The notes under the pieces were generated by a model, which searched no databases, had not been told where the DNA came from, and saw only the letters and a program-made list of their open reading frames with translations. From Paraspadella gotoi (lineage: Eukaryota > Animalia > Chaetognatha), in contig JBJCIZ010000453.1 of assembly GCA_051294375.1 (NCBI GenBank), forward strand, positions 1 to 11,194: 11,194 nt of DNA. Reading direction: 5' to 3'. Positions 8,354-11,194 of the stretch are shown here, in pieces. The position numbers and the translations under genes were made by a program. Every line of letters begins with the position of its first letter. Within the stretch, counting starts at the first letter, position 1.

Positions 8354-8569
8354 GGCGGATCGCTTAACGAATTAACTTTGCCTGTCGAAATTTCTGCACA
8401 CTTATTAATGCTTGAGAAACTTATATCATAAAAAAAATCATCGAATATATTATTAGATTCACGTGTATATTTTATTTATATAATATTAATAATTGATGCA
8501 GTCACAAGGTAGAATTTGAGAACTCCCGACTGCCTGGATCGATTTGCGTCTGACCTTCCTAAGATCGAG

Positions 8570-8612
8570 CCATAAGATGGCGTCCTTAATTTTTCCCTCA
8601 TCCAATCAGAGA
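8570..8612 (+). promoter_or_regulatory. Candidate transposase promoter elements: YY1-like AAGATGGCG and a CCAAT box
   Basis: taagatggcgtc at ~8573-8584 and tccaatcaga at 8601-8610, about 150 bp upstream of the ATG at 8756. Motif match only. Confidence 0.3.
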
Positions 8613-8755
8613 CCGAAGATTTAACTGAGCATCGACGCTCTCTCTTTCAGCTTGTGCGTCAGGTCGGTGGTCAAGTAATTACGATAAGCATTTCCTCCGT
8701 TCACAGATTTTCTTTAACATTTTGACAATTTACTAGCTTTATTAAAATACAAAAT

Positions 8756-11166
8756 ATGGCTATAAATAAAAACAAGAAGAATGAAAATACAATCGGCGTA
8801 GTCCTTCAAAACTTACTTTCTGAATACGCAACTGCCCTTCACTCCGCCGATGTTTTGTCTCATGGCCAAATATGTAATAAGCAACAACAAATTGCAAAAA
8901 TCGATATGCTTTTTTGAAGAAATCGCTAATGATGTGATTACTTCTTTTTAAAAAAAACTAATTCGAGTACCGCAATCACTGCAACGAAGACGGTTTTCTT
9001 AGGCGAATCCAGAAAAAGAATGGGATCAACTTCGAGCAGGATACTTCTCGCTCGTTCAACATGCCCGCCGTTTTAAAACGATTCGCAAGCGCGCCCTCGA
9101 CGAACTCTTCAACATCATGTTGTGCAAAATGTCACATTAGCAGCTGTGAAGAAAGCATGGTGGAGGCACACATTGGATTTAGCCAATGCCATAAGTTCCG
9201 CATTCCAAACAATTGAACTCTCTTTCGTCCTTGATCAAATGCGGCGAGGAAAGGGGAAAGGAAAAATGGCGATGACAACAATAGATCATCAAGTGACGAA
9301 AAAATTAAAAGAAAGACAAAAAATTCGTGAAAAAAAGTTTAGGAGAATCCTACAATTTAATGCTCAAAAACAACAACAGAAACAAGAACACGAAAAAGAA
9401 ATTAACATTTCTGTCCAATCCGCGTTTCAAGAGGACATAGAAATTGAAGTTAACGATATTCTTTGGGAAGCGCCAACACATATTCCACTACAAGGTAAAA
9501 CATTTTTAAGCAAAATTATTAAATTCTTGCTAATTTTTTTCAATATCTCTTTGTATTGTACTGTATTTCTAAATGGATTCAACAATCAAGCTAAATTTAA
9601 AATTTTACAGAAAATAATATGCGTCGTCTGGACAACCTCGCTCGAGAGGCAGATCGCTGGCCTGATGCGTCTGATCGGATGGTGGCGGCGCTTGCAACGG
9701 CCGTTCTCATCGATTACGGCATCGTCACCGCCGAGGACTCGATGCAAGCGATCGATCGGAACAAAGTTCGACGCGAGAGAGATAGGTTTCGGAAATCAAT
9801 GTCTGAAAAAGAAAAAGAACAATTAAAAGAAAATACTGTGAAAGGCCTTTTCTTTGACGGCAAACAAATAGACACGCGACTAATGATAACTGACAATGGT
9901 ATAACAAAACAAACTAAAGAGAAGCAAGAACACATCGTTCTTGTCAGTGATCCAGACAAAAGTTACTTGACCCATGTTACGCCCTCCGCGAAATCTGCAG
10001 GCCCTACCGCGGATTCGATTTTAGAGTTCATTTATAAGCACGATTTATCAGACGGAATTCAAGTTTTAGGTGGGGATTCCACCCCCCTCAATACAGGCCA
10101 CAAATCAGGCGTTTTTTCACGCATCGAAGAGGCTCTAAAACGCCGCTGCCTATGGAGCGTCTGCCAGCTCCACACAAACGAACTTCCGCTTCGTCATTTA
10201 TTTTCGGAACTTGATGGTAAGACTTCGGGCAAAGGGACTTTTAAAGGTGAGATTGGCAGTCTCCTTTCCAGAGTTGAAAATCTTGAATGGAAGGATTCCT
10301 TTAAAAAAGTAACAGAAATTGAAGATCTAGAAATCTCGGAAGAAGTCGCTTCGGACTTATCATCGGACCAAAAGTTTTTGTATTATGCGATAAAATCGAT
10401 TAAGACGGGAATAGTTGCACCTGAAGTAAAATCTCTTAAACCCGGTGCTCTCTTCCACGCTCGCTGGGTAACAAATGCCAATCGCCTTTTGCTGCTTTAT
10501 ATGAAAAAAGTAAAATTAAGCAAAGCTTCTCAAAAGAATTTGTACAAACTTGTTTTTTTATATCCACGAACTATGCCATTTTATGGTTTCACACATTAAG
10601 AGTCAACCTACGATTCTAGATGCTCCATTTCATATTTAAAACAAATTCAAACTTTTAAAGTTACTTCCTAAAGTCGATTTTTAAATAGTTTTTCCCTAAT
10701 ACAAAGTTCGTGGGGTTGCGCCCCGAAAAATTGCTTACAGCTTTCATGGCATCATCGGATAAAAATTCCGCTGTTTTGCGATGACAAACTACTTTCAGTT
10801 CGAGATGGAAAAAATAACGGAGATGCGAGCGTGCGCAATTTGAAAACCCGAAACTGAATTTTAAAGCAACTACAATTTACGAATTAATTGATTGGAAAGA
10901 AGTAAAATGTACGGAACTATTAATTTCAGTGAAGCTTTCTTTACAAGAACTGGAAAATATTCGTGAAAAATCCACTTTTCGTCCCTAAATTTCACTGCCA
11001 CACTCAGCACGTGGAAAGAATGGTGAAAGAGATGACTGCTGCGTGCGAGTCTGTGACTGGTTTCGAACGTCGAGACGGTTTTATTCGTTCGCGTCTTCAG
11101 TCTCGTTCTCTTTTGCCAAAGATGGAAACTAAGTCTGATTTTAAATCTATTTTTCATTCCCTTTGA
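8756..11166 (+). CDS. hAT-type DDE transposase, two exons (~8756-9494 and 9611-11166), with frameshifts in the N- and C-terminal parts
   Basis: Catalytic D in GLFFDGK (9856), D in GGDST..NTG (10075), CxxH in CQLHTNELPLRHL (10162-10173), HARW (RW at 10462-10467) and E in CHTQHVERMVK (11014). Also NLAREADR..SDR..AALATAVL.D.G..IDRNKVRRER upstream of the core. Stop TGA at 11164-11166. Confidence 0.88.
9495..9610 (+). other. 116-nt phase-1 spliceosomal intron in the transposase
   Basis: CAA G|GTAAAA ... AT-rich ... TTTTACAG|AA AAT AAT ATG. Splicing joins ORF 9122 and ORF 9619 exactly in frame (HIPLQ-E-NNMRRL). Confidence 0.85.
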
Positions 11167-11194
11167 TAATTTTTGCGTTTGCTGATTTAAATTT

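Larger units (their letters stand above)
8351..11194 (+). mobile_element. hAT-superfamily DNA transposon (divergent hATm/hATx-like clade); left end at 8351, right end beyond the window
   Basis: Zinc-finger periodicity ends abruptly at TAGGGCGGATCG, a hAT-like TAG(GG) terminus. A ~400-bp non-coding subterminal region and then a DDE transposase follow. The second TIR and TSD are not in the window, so the boundary and subfamily are inferred. Confidence 0.75.

Noticed and set aside
5832-8379. 14-bp direct match AACGAATTAACTTT at 5832 and 8366 flanking the zinc-finger gene, as a possible TSD or mobilised cassette
   Set aside because: The word is AT-rich and plausible by chance in 11 kb. The second copy lies inside the presumed transposon end rather than at a boundary.
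9495-9826. C-terminal half of ORF 9122-9826 as a hydrophobic or membrane domain
   Set aside because: It is a translation of the AT-rich intron plus an off-frame part of exon 2.
9714-11157. Minus-strand ORFs 9714-9959, 9725-9907 and 10870-11157
   Set aside because: Antisense shadows of the transposase, with no recognisable motifs.

Overview
AT-rich eukaryotic genomic DNA, probably invertebrate/arthropod (inference), with dense 1-nt indels that look like uncorrected long-read errors. No prokaryotic features were seen. Main contents, left to right: (1) a degraded minus-strand ORF fragment, microsatellites and a diverged ~160-bp duplication. (2) A GC-rich candidate exon (2186-2560) that reads across frameshifts as a death-domain-like protein; it can be spliced in frame to an exon at 4026, and a possible second death-fold exon lies at ~4680-4965. 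(3) Inside the putative intron, a 48-bp telomere-like (GGTTAG-derived) minisatellite and a large quasi-palindromic (CT)n...(GA)n block. (4) DINE-1/Helentron-like fragments. (5) A ~26-finger C2H2 zinc-finger gene (~5923-8353) with hierarchical internal duplications. (6) Directly abutting the last finger, the left end of a hAT-superfamily DNA transposon (TAGGG terminus) with a spliced DDE transposase ending at 11166; its right end lies outside the window. All protein reconstructions across frameshifts were done by eye.
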